In this document: positions 51,088 through 60,415 of the stretch, one piece after another
Position numbering within the stretch: the first letter of the stretch is position 1
How the letters are laid out: each line of letters opens with the position of its first letter
Assembly (NCBI GenBank): GCA_963851265.1
Contig: CAWKNZ010000002.1
Span: forward strand, 1,568,001 to 1,632,000
Length of the DNA: 64,000 bases
From: an uncultured Gemmatimonadales bacterium
GTDB lineage: Bacteria > Gemmatimonadota > Gemmatimonadetes > Gemmatimonadales > Gemmatimonadaceae
Reading direction: 5' to 3'
Translations under genes and position numbers: made by a program
The notes under the pieces: model-generated
What the model was told of the DNA's origin: nothing
The model's input: only the letters and a program-made list of their open reading frames with translations
The model's database searches: none

Positions 51088-53760
51088 CTACAGCCCGACC
51101 GTGACGCGCCCATACAGGAACCGGCCGTTGAAGCCGAACGGCGAGAACGTCGAGTACGGCAGAATCCCGTAGAACGAGTTTCCGCTGTTCCCGGCCGCGA
51201 CGTTGCCGTTGTTGTTGAACCGATCGGGATAGACGTTGAACACGTTGTCCGACCCGGCCGTGAGCGTCGCGCGCGACATGACGCGGTACGACACGCTCAC
51301 GTCGCTCACCCACTTGGCGCCGAACGTCTGGTCGAGTGACTGGAACCCCGGCGAGTTGGTCGATGTCACCGACCCGAAGCGCTGCGAGCGCAGGACCAGC
51401 CCGATCGGGCCGCGGTCGTACGAGGCCGAGAGCAGGACGTTGCTGCGCGGCTGCGCGTTCTCGAGGCGCGCGCGTTCGACGCGGCCGAACAGCGTCTCGC
51501 TCTGCCCCTGAAGCACTGGCGGCGTCGGGATGACGTCGACGACCCGCGTCTGCGTGCGGCTGTACCCGGCCGTGAACCGCGCGAGGCCGCCCGCGTAGGT
51601 CACGCCGTAGTTGCCCACGGCGTCGATGCCACGGGTGCGCGTGCCGACCGCGTTGGTGAAGAACTGCGCGCCGCTGATGTTGGAGAAGCCGGCGGCCGCG
51701 AGCGTCTGGCGGATGGCCGTCCCGCTGAACGTGTTCGAGAACACGATGCGGTCGCGGATGCGGATCTGGTACGCGTCCACGGTGAACCCGAGGTTGCGCA
51801 GCGGCTCGAACGTCGTGCCCAGTCCGAAGTTGACCGACCGCTCCGGCTTGAGTGGCGTGGCGCCGAGAGCGCGCGCTTCGGGGCTGTTGACCGGGAAGGT
51901 CCGCGTGTCGAAGATCTGGCCGTTGGTCACGACCGTCTGCGTCTGCGAGTAGAAGTTCTGCGCGAGCGAGGGGGCGCGGAACCCGGTCCCCGCCGAGCCG
52001 CGGAGCGCGAACTCGCGCACCACCGCGTACCGGGCGCGCACGAGCCCGTTGGTCGTCGACCCGAAGTCGCTGTAGTGCTCGTACCGGCCGGCCACGCCGA
52101 GCAGGAACTGCCGCGTCAGGTCGCTCTCGAAATCGGCGTACACCGCCTCGCTCGTGCGCGACGCGTTCGTCCGGTCGGTCGGCTGGTACCCGGGGAACAC
52201 CTGCGACCCGATGGCGCCGGGCTTGCCGGCGTTCGGCCCGTCGAGGATCGCGACCCCGCCATTACTGTACGACGCCGAATCGCCGGGCGCGATGCGGTAG
52301 TTCTCGGCGCGGAACTCGGCGCCCGTCGCGATGCGAAGCGGCGAAGCGTTCGGTAGCCGCACCGTGCGCGTGAGGTCGAGGTTGGTCGCCCCCTGCTGGA
52401 ACCGGAGCGTGCCGGCGTCGAAGGTCCGCGGGCTCCCGGCCCCGTACGTGACGTTCGCGCTGTTCGCCACGTTGAAGTTGAACGAGTTGGTGCCGTAGCT
52501 CTGGCTCAGGTCGACGTCGAACCCGCCTAACGTGCCGCGGCCGCCGACGACGGCCGACCCGTCCCAGATCTTGCCGCGGATGATCGGCAGGAACCCGTCG
52601 GGGTAGATCGCGCGCACCGTGCGGTCGTCGAGCGGGCGGCGGAAGAACCCGGGGCTCTCGCCCCACCGGTTCGCGAGCGTGCCGAACGAGTACAGGGTGA
52701 CGCCACCGCCCCCGAGCGCGTACTCGGCGTCGAACGCACCCTGCGCCGAGCGCTGCCGCGGGTCGCCGACCCAGCTGTCCGCTCGGGGAACGGAGGTGGC
52801 GTTACGCGGGTCGCCCGTGAAGTATTGCTGGCGCGGGTCGAGCCCCGCGCGGTTCGTGCGCCCCTGGCTGCGGAACTCGAGGTCGCCGTGGATGAAGCGG
52901 TGCGGGTTGGTGCTCTGGCCGCCGTCGAGCGCCACGTTCGCGAGCCCGCCGTCGCCCGCCGAGTAGCCGCCGCCCTCGGCGGTGAGGGTGCCCGGCTGGT
53001 TCCCCTTGAGCACGATGTTGATGACGCCGGCGATCGCGTCCGACCCGTACTGCGCGGCCGCGCCCTCGCGCAACACCTCGATGTGGTCGATCATCGAGAC
53101 CGGGATCGCGTTGAGGTCGACGCCCGTGGAGCCGCGGCCCACGCTGCCGTTGACGTTGACGAGAGCGCTGGTGTGGCGGCGTTTGCCGTTGACGAGCACC
53201 AGGAGCTGGTCGGGGTTGAGCCCGCGCAGCGTCGCGGGGCGCTCCTGGTCGGTGCCGTCGGTGACGGACGGGCGCGGGAAGTTGAAGCTCGGCGCGAGCG
53301 CCTGAATGACCTGCGCCGTTTCGGTGCGTCCGGTGGCGCGGATGTCGGCCTGCGTGAGGACGTCGACGGGAACCGGCGATTCGATAACGGAGCGCGGCTG
53401 CGCGCGCGAGCCGACCACGGCCACCGCTTCGAGCGCCGACGCCGAACGCGCGAGGCGGAACGCGCGCGTCACGGTCTCGCCCGCGCGGACGACGACGGTG
53501 TCGCGGGCGACCGCGTAGCCGATGAGGCGGGCGCGGAGTTCGTACGTGCCCGGACGCAGTGCGACGCGGAACGTGCCGTCCGCGCGCGTGATCGCCCCCG
53601 ACGTCGTCCCGGTGACCGCGATCGTCGCGCCGGCGAGGGGCTCGTTCCCGTCGCGGCTCGTCACGCGCCCCGTGACGATGCCCGTCGTGACCTGCGCGGC
53701 AGCGAGGGCGGGCGCGGCGGCGAGCCCGGCCGCGAACGTCCGCGCGGCGACGCGCGGCAT
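51088..53760 (-). CDS. TonB-dependent receptor with an N-terminal carboxypeptidase-regulatory-like domain
   Basis: LRGLNPDQLLVLVNGKRRH, IEVLREGAAAQYGSDAIAGVINIVLK plug motif, GFRAPSL, LKPERS and C-terminal GRFLYGRVTVGL. Confidence 0.95.
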   Translation of the reverse strand: MPRVAARTFAAGLAAAPALAAAQVTTGIVTGRVTSRDGNEPLAGATIAVTGTTSGAITRADGTFRVALRPGTYELRARLIGYAVARDTVVVRAGETVTRAFRLARSASALEAVAVVGSRAQPRSVIESPVPVDVLTQADIRATGRTETAQVIQALAPSFNFPRPSVTDGTDQERPATLRGLNPDQLLVLVNGKRRHTSALVNVNGSVGRGSTGVDLNAIPVSMIDHIEVLREGAAAQYGSDAIAGVINIVLKGNQPGTLTAEGGGYSAGDGGLANVALDGGQSTNPHRFIHGDLEFRSQGRTNRAGLDPRQQYFTGDPRNATSVPRADSWVGDPRQRSAQGAFDAEYALGGGGVTLYSFGTLANRWGESPGFFRRPLDDRTVRAIYPDGFLPIIRGKIWDGSAVVGGRGTLGGFDVDLSQSYGTNSFNFNVANSANVTYGAGSPRTFDAGTLRFQQGATNLDLTRTVRLPNASPLRIATGAEFRAENYRIAPGDSASYSNGGVAILDGPNAGKPGAIGSQVFPGYQPTDRTNASRTSEAVYADFESDLTRQFLLGVAGRYEHYSDFGSTTNGLVRARYAVVREFALRGSAGTGFRAPSLAQNFYSQTQTVVTNGQIFDTRTFPVNSPEARALGATPLKPERSVNFGLGTTFEPLRNLGFTVDAYQIRIRDRIVFSNTFSGTAIRQTLAAAGFSNISGAQFFTNAVGTRTRGIDAVGNYGVTYAGGLARFTAGYSRTQTRVVDVIPTPPVLQGQSETLFGRVERARLENAQPRSNVLLSASYDRGPIGLVLRSQRFGSVTSTNSPGFQSLDQTFGAKWVSDVSVSYRVMSRATLTAGSDNVFNVYPDRFNNNGNVAAGNSGNSFYGILPYSTFSPFGFNGRFLYGRVTVGL

Positions 53761-53963
53761 GTGGATGAAAGACGACAATGTCGAACGCAAGACGACCACC
53801 TGGATCTCGAGAGCCGTGGGCGCGCCGGTTCGCGATCGAGAGCGACACGCGGCCGGCGCACGGACCCGCCCGGCAGCGCGCGCGAGGACGCGCCACCGGG
53901 CCGATCGTTCAGTCCTGAAGCAGACCCGGGGGCCGCGCCGGGCGTCACCGCCCGGCGTCGAAA

Positions 53964-55991
53964 TCAGCTCGCGACCGCGCTGTTGGTCACGCCGCCGTGC
54001 GCCGGCGTGCCGGCGCCGAGCTCGCCGGCTGCGGCGTCGTTGGCGACGTAGTCGTGCGGCAGCGCGCGGGTGCGCACCTCTTCGACGCAGCGTGCGACGA
54101 ACGCGTCGAGGGTCATGGTTTCCTGCTGCTTCTCCTGCCCGCGGCGGCGCACCGTTACGGTGCCCGCGTCCGCCTCGCGGCGTCCGAGCACGGCCATGTA
54201 GTTGACCTTGAGCACGCTCGCGTCGCGGATGAGGACGCGGTAGTTCTCGTCGCTCCCCGCGTCGAAGCCGACGCGGAGGCCGGCGGCGCGCAGCGCGTCG
54301 GCGACCTGCTGCCCGTACGCGTTGAGCTCGGGCGAAATCGGCACCACCCGCACCTGCTCGGGCGCCAGCCAGAGCGGGAACGCCCCGGCGAAGTGCTCGA
54401 TGAGAATCGCGATGAAGCGCTCGAACGAGCCGCTCACCGCGCGGTGGATCACGACCGGGCGGTGCGCGTGGTTGTCGGCCCCCGTGTAGGTGAGGTCGAA
54501 GCGCTCGGGCGCGGCGTAGTCGAGCTGGATCGTGCCTAACTGCCACGCGCGCCCGATCGAGTCGGTCACGTCGAAGTCGATCTTCGGCCCGTAGAACGCG
54601 CCGTCGCCCTCCTTCAACTCGTACGGCCGCCCCGTCGCCTCGAGCGCGCCCCGGAGCGCGCCCTCGGCGCGGTCCCACATCTCGTCGCTGCCGATGCGCT
54701 GCTCGGGGCGCGTCGCGAACTTGAGCGACGCCGTGAGGCCGAACGTCTCGTAGTGGCCGAGGATGAAGTCCATCAGGAACTGGACCTCCGCGTTGATCTG
54801 GTCCTCGGTCAGGAAGACGTGGCAGTCGTCCTGCGCGAACTGCCGCACGCGCGTCAGCCCGGACAGCGCGCCCGAGAGCTCGTTGCGGTGCAGCACGTCG
54901 AACGTGACGTAGCGCAGCGGCAGCTCGCGGTACGAGTGCTTGGCCGAGCCGTAGAGGATGTAGTGCGACGGGCAGTTCATCGGCTTGAGCGCCATGTCGT
55001 GCTCGTCCGTCTCGTTGTCGAGGACGAGGAACATGTTCTCCCGGTACTTGCCCCAGTGGCCCGAACGCTCCCAGAGTTTGCTGTTGTACAGGAGTGGCGT
55101 CTTGATCTCGTGGAAGCGAGCCGCCTGCCGCTCGCGCACGAACTCGACGAGCGTGTTGTACAGCGTCGTGCCGCGCGGCGTCCAGAACGCCGCACCCGGC
55201 GCGATCGGAAAGAACTGGAAGAGGTCGAGCTGGCGACCGACGAGGCGGTGGTCGCGTCGCTTGGCCTCCTCGATGCGGTGCAGGTGCGTGTCGAGCGCGT
55301 CCTTCTTGAAGAACGCGGTCCCGTAGATCCGCTGCAGCGCCTGGTTGCGCGCGTCGCCACGCCAGTACGCGCCGGCGGCGTGCGTCAGCTTCACGTGCCG
55401 CAGCCACCCCGTGTCGGGCACGTGCGGGCCGCGGCACAGGTCGATGAATTCGCCGTCACGGTAGACCGAGATCACCTCGCCGTCGGGCAGGTCGGCGAGC
55501 CGCTCGCGCTTGAGCGGGTCGTCGCGGAAGATCTCGGCCGCCTCCTCGCGCGAGACCTCGCGCCGCTCGAACGGCAGCTTCTCGCTCGCGACCTTCTGGA
55601 ACTCGGCCTCGAACTCGGCCAGGTCTTCGGGTGTGAACGGATCGCCGACGCCGAAGTCGTAATAGAAGCCGTCCTCGATCGCCGGACCGAAACCGATCTG
55701 CGCATCGGGTCGCCGGCGGCGGACCGCGGTGGCGAGCGCGTGCGCGGCCGAATGGCGGAGGACGCCGAGCGCCTCGGGGTCGCGCTCGGTGAGCACGCGG
55801 AGCGCGCCACCGGTGCGGATCGGCGTCGCGAGGTCCTGCACCACGCCGTCGATGCTCACGGCGACGGCGGCGCGGAGCAGGCGTTCGCCGATCGTCGCGA
55901 CCACGTCGCGCGGCAGGGTGCCCGGCGCGATCTCGCGCGTGGCGCCGTCGGGAAGCGTGAGGACCAGCAGCGAATCGAGAGTGTCGGACAT
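53964..55991 (-). CDS. thrS: Threonine--tRNA ligase
   Basis: TGS domain, HSAAH, DLCRGPHV, KPMNCP, GLTRVR, GAFYGPKID and HRAVSGSFERF. Confidence 0.98.
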   Translation of the reverse strand: MSDTLDSLLVLTLPDGATREIAPGTLPRDVVATIGERLLRAAVAVSIDGVVQDLATPIRTGGALRVLTERDPEALGVLRHSAAHALATAVRRRRPDAQIGFGPAIEDGFYYDFGVGDPFTPEDLAEFEAEFQKVASEKLPFERREVSREEAAEIFRDDPLKRERLADLPDGEVISVYRDGEFIDLCRGPHVPDTGWLRHVKLTHAAGAYWRGDARNQALQRIYGTAFFKKDALDTHLHRIEEAKRRDHRLVGRQLDLFQFFPIAPGAAFWTPRGTTLYNTLVEFVRERQAARFHEIKTPLLYNSKLWERSGHWGKYRENMFLVLDNETDEHDMALKPMNCPSHYILYGSAKHSYRELPLRYVTFDVLHRNELSGALSGLTRVRQFAQDDCHVFLTEDQINAEVQFLMDFILGHYETFGLTASLKFATRPEQRIGSDEMWDRAEGALRGALEATGRPYELKEGDGAFYGPKIDFDVTDSIGRAWQLGTIQLDYAAPERFDLTYTGADNHAHRPVVIHRAVSGSFERFIAILIEHFAGAFPLWLAPEQVRVVPISPELNAYGQQVADALRAAGLRVGFDAGSDENYRVLIRDASVLKVNYMAVLGRREADAGTVTVRRRGQEKQQETMTLDAFVARCVEEVRTRALPHDYVANDAAAGELGAGTPAHGGVTNSAVAS

Positions 55992-56189
55992 CGTGGGGGC
56001 GGGCGGGTCAACGGGGCCCAGAATCGGCCGGAAGCAGGCCGTAGGTGGCCTTGAACTTGCGCCCGCGGAGACGCTCGCTGGAGGTACTCCTGTGGAGACA
56101 CTCCGAACGCGGTCCTGCGGCGACGCCGGCCCCTGCCGCATCGGCCAAGGTAACCGTTTCTGACGACCCCCCGCCACCACACGCTCCGC

Positions 56190-57125
56190 ATGCCAACCAC
56201 TCGCTACCGCGATCGCGACAGCTCGGCCGCCAGCGCGGTGTTCGTCGCCGTCGGCGCCCTCGCCGGACTCGCCGCCGGCGTGCTCATCGCCCAGCGCATG
56301 GGCGGAATCTCGGGCATCAGCGCGCGCGTGCGCGACCGCCTCGCCGACGCGCGCGGCGAGGGCCGCAACGCCGACGGCGGCCCGATGGCCCACGACCAAC
56401 CCGAGTACGACGACGAACCGCTCGAAGGTCCCGCGACCGGCGGTCGCGGATCGTCCGGAATCGAGTCGGCCGCACGTGACGCCGCCGGCCGTCAGACGAA
56501 CGGCGAACAGGGCAACGCCGGCCGACCGGACGACGACGGCGAGGCGCTCGAAGAGCGCGTGCTCGAGGCCTTCCGCAACGATCCGGTGCTGAGCGAGCGC
56601 GCCGTCGACATCGGCGCCGTGGGCCGCGGCATCATCGAACTCACGGGGTTCGTGCAGGCCGAGTCGGAGTCGCACGGCGCGGTGGTGCTCACGCGCGGCG
56701 TGCCGGGCGTGGTCACCGTCGTCAACCGCCTCGAGGTGCGAGAGGAGGAAGCGCGCTTCGAGCAGACGGCGGCGCAGTACGAGGCGGGCGACGTGCCGGG
56801 CGGCGCCATGTGGGAAGGGCAGCAGGTCGGCATCGGACGCCCGCGGCAGGGCACGTCCAACGATCTTTCGCGCCACGCGGATCCCAAGCCGACGCTCGAG
56901 AACCGGTGGACCGGGCAGCAGGCGGCGATCCGCGCCGCGGCCGACGACCTCGAAGGGATCGCCGAGCGCCGGCAGCACACGCCGGACATTCAGGGCGACG
57001 AAACCGGCGGTGCGCCGATCGCGCCGTCGGGTGTGCCCAAGGGGGACCACGTGGCCGACCCCGCGTCGGCCGCTCCATTCCTCCGGGAGACCACGGGGCG
57101 CGTCGACCCCAACCTGCGCGACTGA
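56190..57125 (+). CDS. BON-domain protein with an N-terminal YtxH-like membrane segment and an acidic disordered tail
   Basis: VAVGALAGLAAGVLIA; LEERVLEAFRNDPVL...IELTGFV...GVPGVVTVVNRLEV is a BON signature. Confidence 0.85.
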   Translation: MPTTRYRDRDSSAASAVFVAVGALAGLAAGVLIAQRMGGISGISARVRDRLADARGEGRNADGGPMAHDQPEYDDEPLEGPATGGRGSSGIESAARDAAGRQTNGEQGNAGRPDDDGEALEERVLEAFRNDPVLSERAVDIGAVGRGIIELTGFVQAESESHGAVVLTRGVPGVVTVVNRLEVREEEARFEQTAAQYEAGDVPGGAMWEGQQVGIGRPRQGTSNDLSRHADPKPTLENRWTGQQAAIRAAADDLEGIAERRQHTPDIQGDETGGAPIAPSGVPKGDHVADPASAAPFLRETTGRVDPNLRD

Positions 57126-57226
57126 GCGCGTTCCGACAACCGGCGATCGGCGGCGCGGGCCCGCCCCTTGCCCCATGACTATGCCCGGTCACACGGCCGG
57201 AAGTCACCTGCAGAGGAGGAGAACGG

Positions 57227-57487
57227 ATGTCGGAACGCACAAAGCCACACCTCGGCCGCACCCTCGACGGCGATCGCGAGAAGCCCTACGACACGCTCGA
57301 ACTGGCCGGGACGGATCCCGAGGGGACTGCCGGTGTGGCGGATACCGTGCTGCTCGACGGCGCACGCTCGGACGTCGGGGTCGCGGCCAACCAGCACGCC
57401 GACGCGCTGCAGCGCATGATCGACAACAACCGGAACTGCGTCGACAAGTTCCGTAACCCTGACGCCGGGCCGACCGGGCGCGCGTAA
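57227..57487 (+). CDS. Small acidic hypothetical protein (86 aa)
   Basis: GAGGAG SD, typical codon usage, followed by a terminator. Confidence 0.7.
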   Translation: MSERTKPHLGRTLDGDREKPYDTLELAGTDPEGTAGVADTVLLDGARSDVGVAANQHADALQRMIDNNRNCVDKFRNPDAGPTGRA

Positions 57488-57513
57488 CGCGCGCCGACCC
57501 GCCCCGAGGCGCC

Positions 57514-57556
57514 GCGGCGCCGCTCCGACGCTCCGGAGCGGCGCCGCTTCCGTTTC
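57514..57556 (+). terminator. Terminator hairpin
   Basis: GCGGCGCCGCTCCG / CGGAGCGGCGCCGC followed by TTCCGTTT. Confidence 0.7.
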
Positions 57557-57598
57557 GGCAGGTTTGGGGGTCGAAACGGGTCCGCTACCTTAAGTCGG

Positions 57599-60415
57599 AT
57601 GACCGTCACGTCCGACGAGCCGGAGCGCGCGCTCCCGCCGACCTACGACCCGACCGCTACCGAGGGCGCGATCCACGCGCGCTGGGACGCCGCGGGGATC
57701 TTCACCGCACACGCCGCGCGCTCGGATCGCGACGGCGGCGGGCGCGCGCCGTTCACGGTCCTCATGCCGCCGCCTAACGTCACGGCGGTCCTGCACGTCG
57801 GGCACGCGCTCAACGACACCGTGCAGGACGTGCTCGCGCGGTGGCGCCGCATGGCGGGCGACGAGGCGCTCTGGCTTCCGGGCACCGACCACGCCGGAAT
57901 CGCGACCCAGAACGTCGTCGAGAAGAAGATCGCGCGCGAGGAAGGGCTGAGCCGCTACGACGTCGGACGCGAGGCGTTCGTGGAGCGCACGGCCGAGTTC
58001 GTACGCGAGACTGGCGGGGCCATCCTCGAACAGCTCAAGGCCATCGGCGCGTCGTGCGACTGGTCGCGTACTGCGTACACGCTGTCGCCGCCGCTGTCGC
58101 GTGCCGTGCGCGAGGCCTTCGTCCGCCTGTACGAGCGCGGGTTGGTCTACAAGGGCCACCGCGTGATTCACTGGTGCCCGCGGTGCATGACGTCGCTCTC
58201 CGACGAGGAGGCCGAATTCGAGGACACGCCGGGCCGCCTGTTTCATATCCGCTACGTGGTGAGCGACGAGCCCGAGCGGTCGCTCGTCGTCGCGACCACG
58301 CGCCCCGAGACCCTCTTCGGCGACGTGGCGGTGGCCGTGCACCCGGACGACGAGCGCTACGCGGACCTCGTCGGCCGCACGGTGCGGCTGCCGCTCGTCG
58401 GCCTCGCGATTCCCGTGATCGCGGACGCGTACGTGGACCGCGAGTTCGGCACGGGGGCGCTCAAGATCACGCCGGCGCACGACGCGAACGACTATGACGT
58501 CGGGCGCCGCCACGGGCTGAGCGTGCCGGTGGTGATCGACGCGGCGGGCTTCGTGCGCGAGGTGGCCGACGCCGCCGGCCGGGTGCCCGCGGCGTTCGAC
58601 GGGCTCGAGCGGTTCGAGGCGCGCGCGCGCGCCGTCGAGGCGCTCACGGCCGAGGGCACGCTCGCGAAGGCCGAGGTCCACCGGCACGCGGTGCGACACT
58701 GCTACCGGTGCGACACGGTGGTCGAGCCGCGCCTGTCCGACCAGTGGTTCGTGCGCATGGCGCCGCTCGCGGAGCCGGCGCTGGCCGCGGTGCGCGACCG
58801 CACGGTGCGCATCCTCCCCGAGCGGTGGGAAGCGGTGTACGTGCGCTGGATGGAGAACATCCGCGACTGGAACATCTCGCGGCAACTCTGGTGGGGACAC
58901 CGAATCCCGGTCTGGTACGACGACGCGACCGGTGAGACGTTCGTGAGCCGCGAGGACCTGACGCATTCGCCGACGACGGGGAACCTCCTGCGCCAGGACG
59001 AGGACGTGCTCGACACGTGGTTCTCGTCGTGGCTCTGGCCGCTGTCGACGCTCGGGTGGCCCGACGAGGACGCGCCGGACCTGCAGGCGTTCTTCCCGAG
59101 CGACGTGCTCGTCACCGCGCCCGAGATCCTCTTTTTCTGGGTCGCGCGGATGATCATGGCCGGGTACGCGTTCCGCGGCGCGGCGCCGTTCCACACGGTG
59201 TACCTGCACGGCACCGTGCGCGACACGCAGAACCGGAAGATGTCGAAGTCGTTAGGCAACGGCATCGACCCGCTCGAGGTCGTCGCGCGCTACGGCGCCG
59301 ACGCGCTCCGGTGGACGGCGGTGGCGGGGCTCGGGATGGGCGCCGACGTGGTGCTCGACCCGGACGACCTCGAGAAGTCGTTCGCGCCAGGCCGCAACTT
59401 CTGCACGAAGCTGTGGAACATCGGGCGGTTCCTGCTGCAGAACGTGGGGGCCGCGCCGGTGCTCCCGCTCGACCAGGTCGCGCCGGAGCGGCTGACGCAC
59501 GCGGACCGGTGGGTGCTCGCGCGGCTGGACGCCGCGGTGCGGGACTGCGACGCCGCGCTCGGCCCCGCGCGCCCGCCGCGGGCGGCGGCCGCGTACGACG
59601 GCGCGCCGCGCTGGCCCGAGGCGGAGCGCGCCGCCGGGCTCCGCCTCAACGAGTACGCCGAGGCCGCGCGGCGGTTCGTCTGGAGCGAGCTGGCCGATTG
59701 GTATCTCGAGAGCACGAAGTCACGCCTCGGCGCGGCAGACGCCGACGACCGCGAGGTGGCGCGCGCCGTGCTCGCGCATGCGTTCGACGGCGCCCTGCGG
59801 CTGCTGCACCCGATCGTGCCGTTCATCACCGAGGCGCTCTGGCAACGGCTGCCGTCGTCGCCGTCGGACGCGCTGCTCGCGTCGTCCGCGTGGCCGGCAC
59901 CGCGGTCCGCGGCAGGCCGCGCGGACGACGCATCCGCGAGCGAACCCTTCGACATCGCGCGCGCGTGCGTCGACGCCGTTCGCCAGATCCGGTCGGACTA
60001 CGCCGTCCCGCCCGGTCGGCGCGTCGAGGTGTACGTGCAGACCGCCGCCGACCGCGACAGTGGCGAGCTGGCGACGACGGTCGGCGCGCTCTCGCGCGCC
60101 GACGTGCACCTCGTCGCGGGCGACGCGCTGCCCTTCGACCGGCAGCTCGCCGCACAGCAGGTGGTTCGCGGCGCGACGGTGTACGTGCCACTCGCCGGGC
60201 TGGTGGACGTGGCGAAGGAGATCGAGAAGCTGACGAAGGAGCTCGCCGGACTCGACAAGCAGCTCGCGGCGCTCCGCGGGCGGCTCGCCAATCCGGGGTT
60301 CGTCGACCGCGCTCCGGCGGCCGTGGTCGAGGCCGAGCGCGCCAAGGAACGGACGTGGACGGACCGCGCGGCGCAGCTCGCGGAGTCGATCGCGGCCCTG
60401 CAGCGCGGCGCGTGA
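57599..60415 (+). CDS. valS: Valine--tRNA ligase
   Basis: PPPNVTAVLHVGH, ATTRPET, DWNISRQLWWGH, DVLDTWFSS, KMSKS and a C-terminal coiled coil. Confidence 0.98.
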   Translation: MTVTSDEPERALPPTYDPTATEGAIHARWDAAGIFTAHAARSDRDGGGRAPFTVLMPPPNVTAVLHVGHALNDTVQDVLARWRRMAGDEALWLPGTDHAGIATQNVVEKKIAREEGLSRYDVGREAFVERTAEFVRETGGAILEQLKAIGASCDWSRTAYTLSPPLSRAVREAFVRLYERGLVYKGHRVIHWCPRCMTSLSDEEAEFEDTPGRLFHIRYVVSDEPERSLVVATTRPETLFGDVAVAVHPDDERYADLVGRTVRLPLVGLAIPVIADAYVDREFGTGALKITPAHDANDYDVGRRHGLSVPVVIDAAGFVREVADAAGRVPAAFDGLERFEARARAVEALTAEGTLAKAEVHRHAVRHCYRCDTVVEPRLSDQWFVRMAPLAEPALAAVRDRTVRILPERWEAVYVRWMENIRDWNISRQLWWGHRIPVWYDDATGETFVSREDLTHSPTTGNLLRQDEDVLDTWFSSWLWPLSTLGWPDEDAPDLQAFFPSDVLVTAPEILFFWVARMIMAGYAFRGAAPFHTVYLHGTVRDTQNRKMSKSLGNGIDPLEVVARYGADALRWTAVAGLGMGADVVLDPDDLEKSFAPGRNFCTKLWNIGRFLLQNVGAAPVLPLDQVAPERLTHADRWVLARLDAAVRDCDAALGPARPPRAAAAYDGAPRWPEAERAAGLRLNEYAEAARRFVWSELADWYLESTKSRLGAADADDREVARAVLAHAFDGALRLLHPIVPFITEALWQRLPSSPSDALLASSAWPAPRSAAGRADDASASEPFDIARACVDAVRQIRSDYAVPPGRRVEVYVQTAADRDSGELATTVGALSRADVHLVAGDALPFDRQLAAQQVVRGATVYVPLAGLVDVAKEIEKLTKELAGLDKQLAALRGRLANPGFVDRAPAAVVEAERAKERTWTDRAAQLAESIAALQRGA

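Noticed and set aside
53761..53963. Riboswitch (cobalamin or TPP) upstream of the TonB-dependent receptor
   Set aside because: Only a GC hairpin after the thrS stop was seen; no B12-box or TPP consensus was recognisable by eye.
51088..57176. Apparent giant fusions (1449-aa TonB receptor, 1070-aa ThrS; likewise the 1056-aa ALDH and 872-aa membrane ORFs)
   Set aside because: The N-terminal extensions are off-frame read-through of neighbouring genes; plausible true starts lie downstream.
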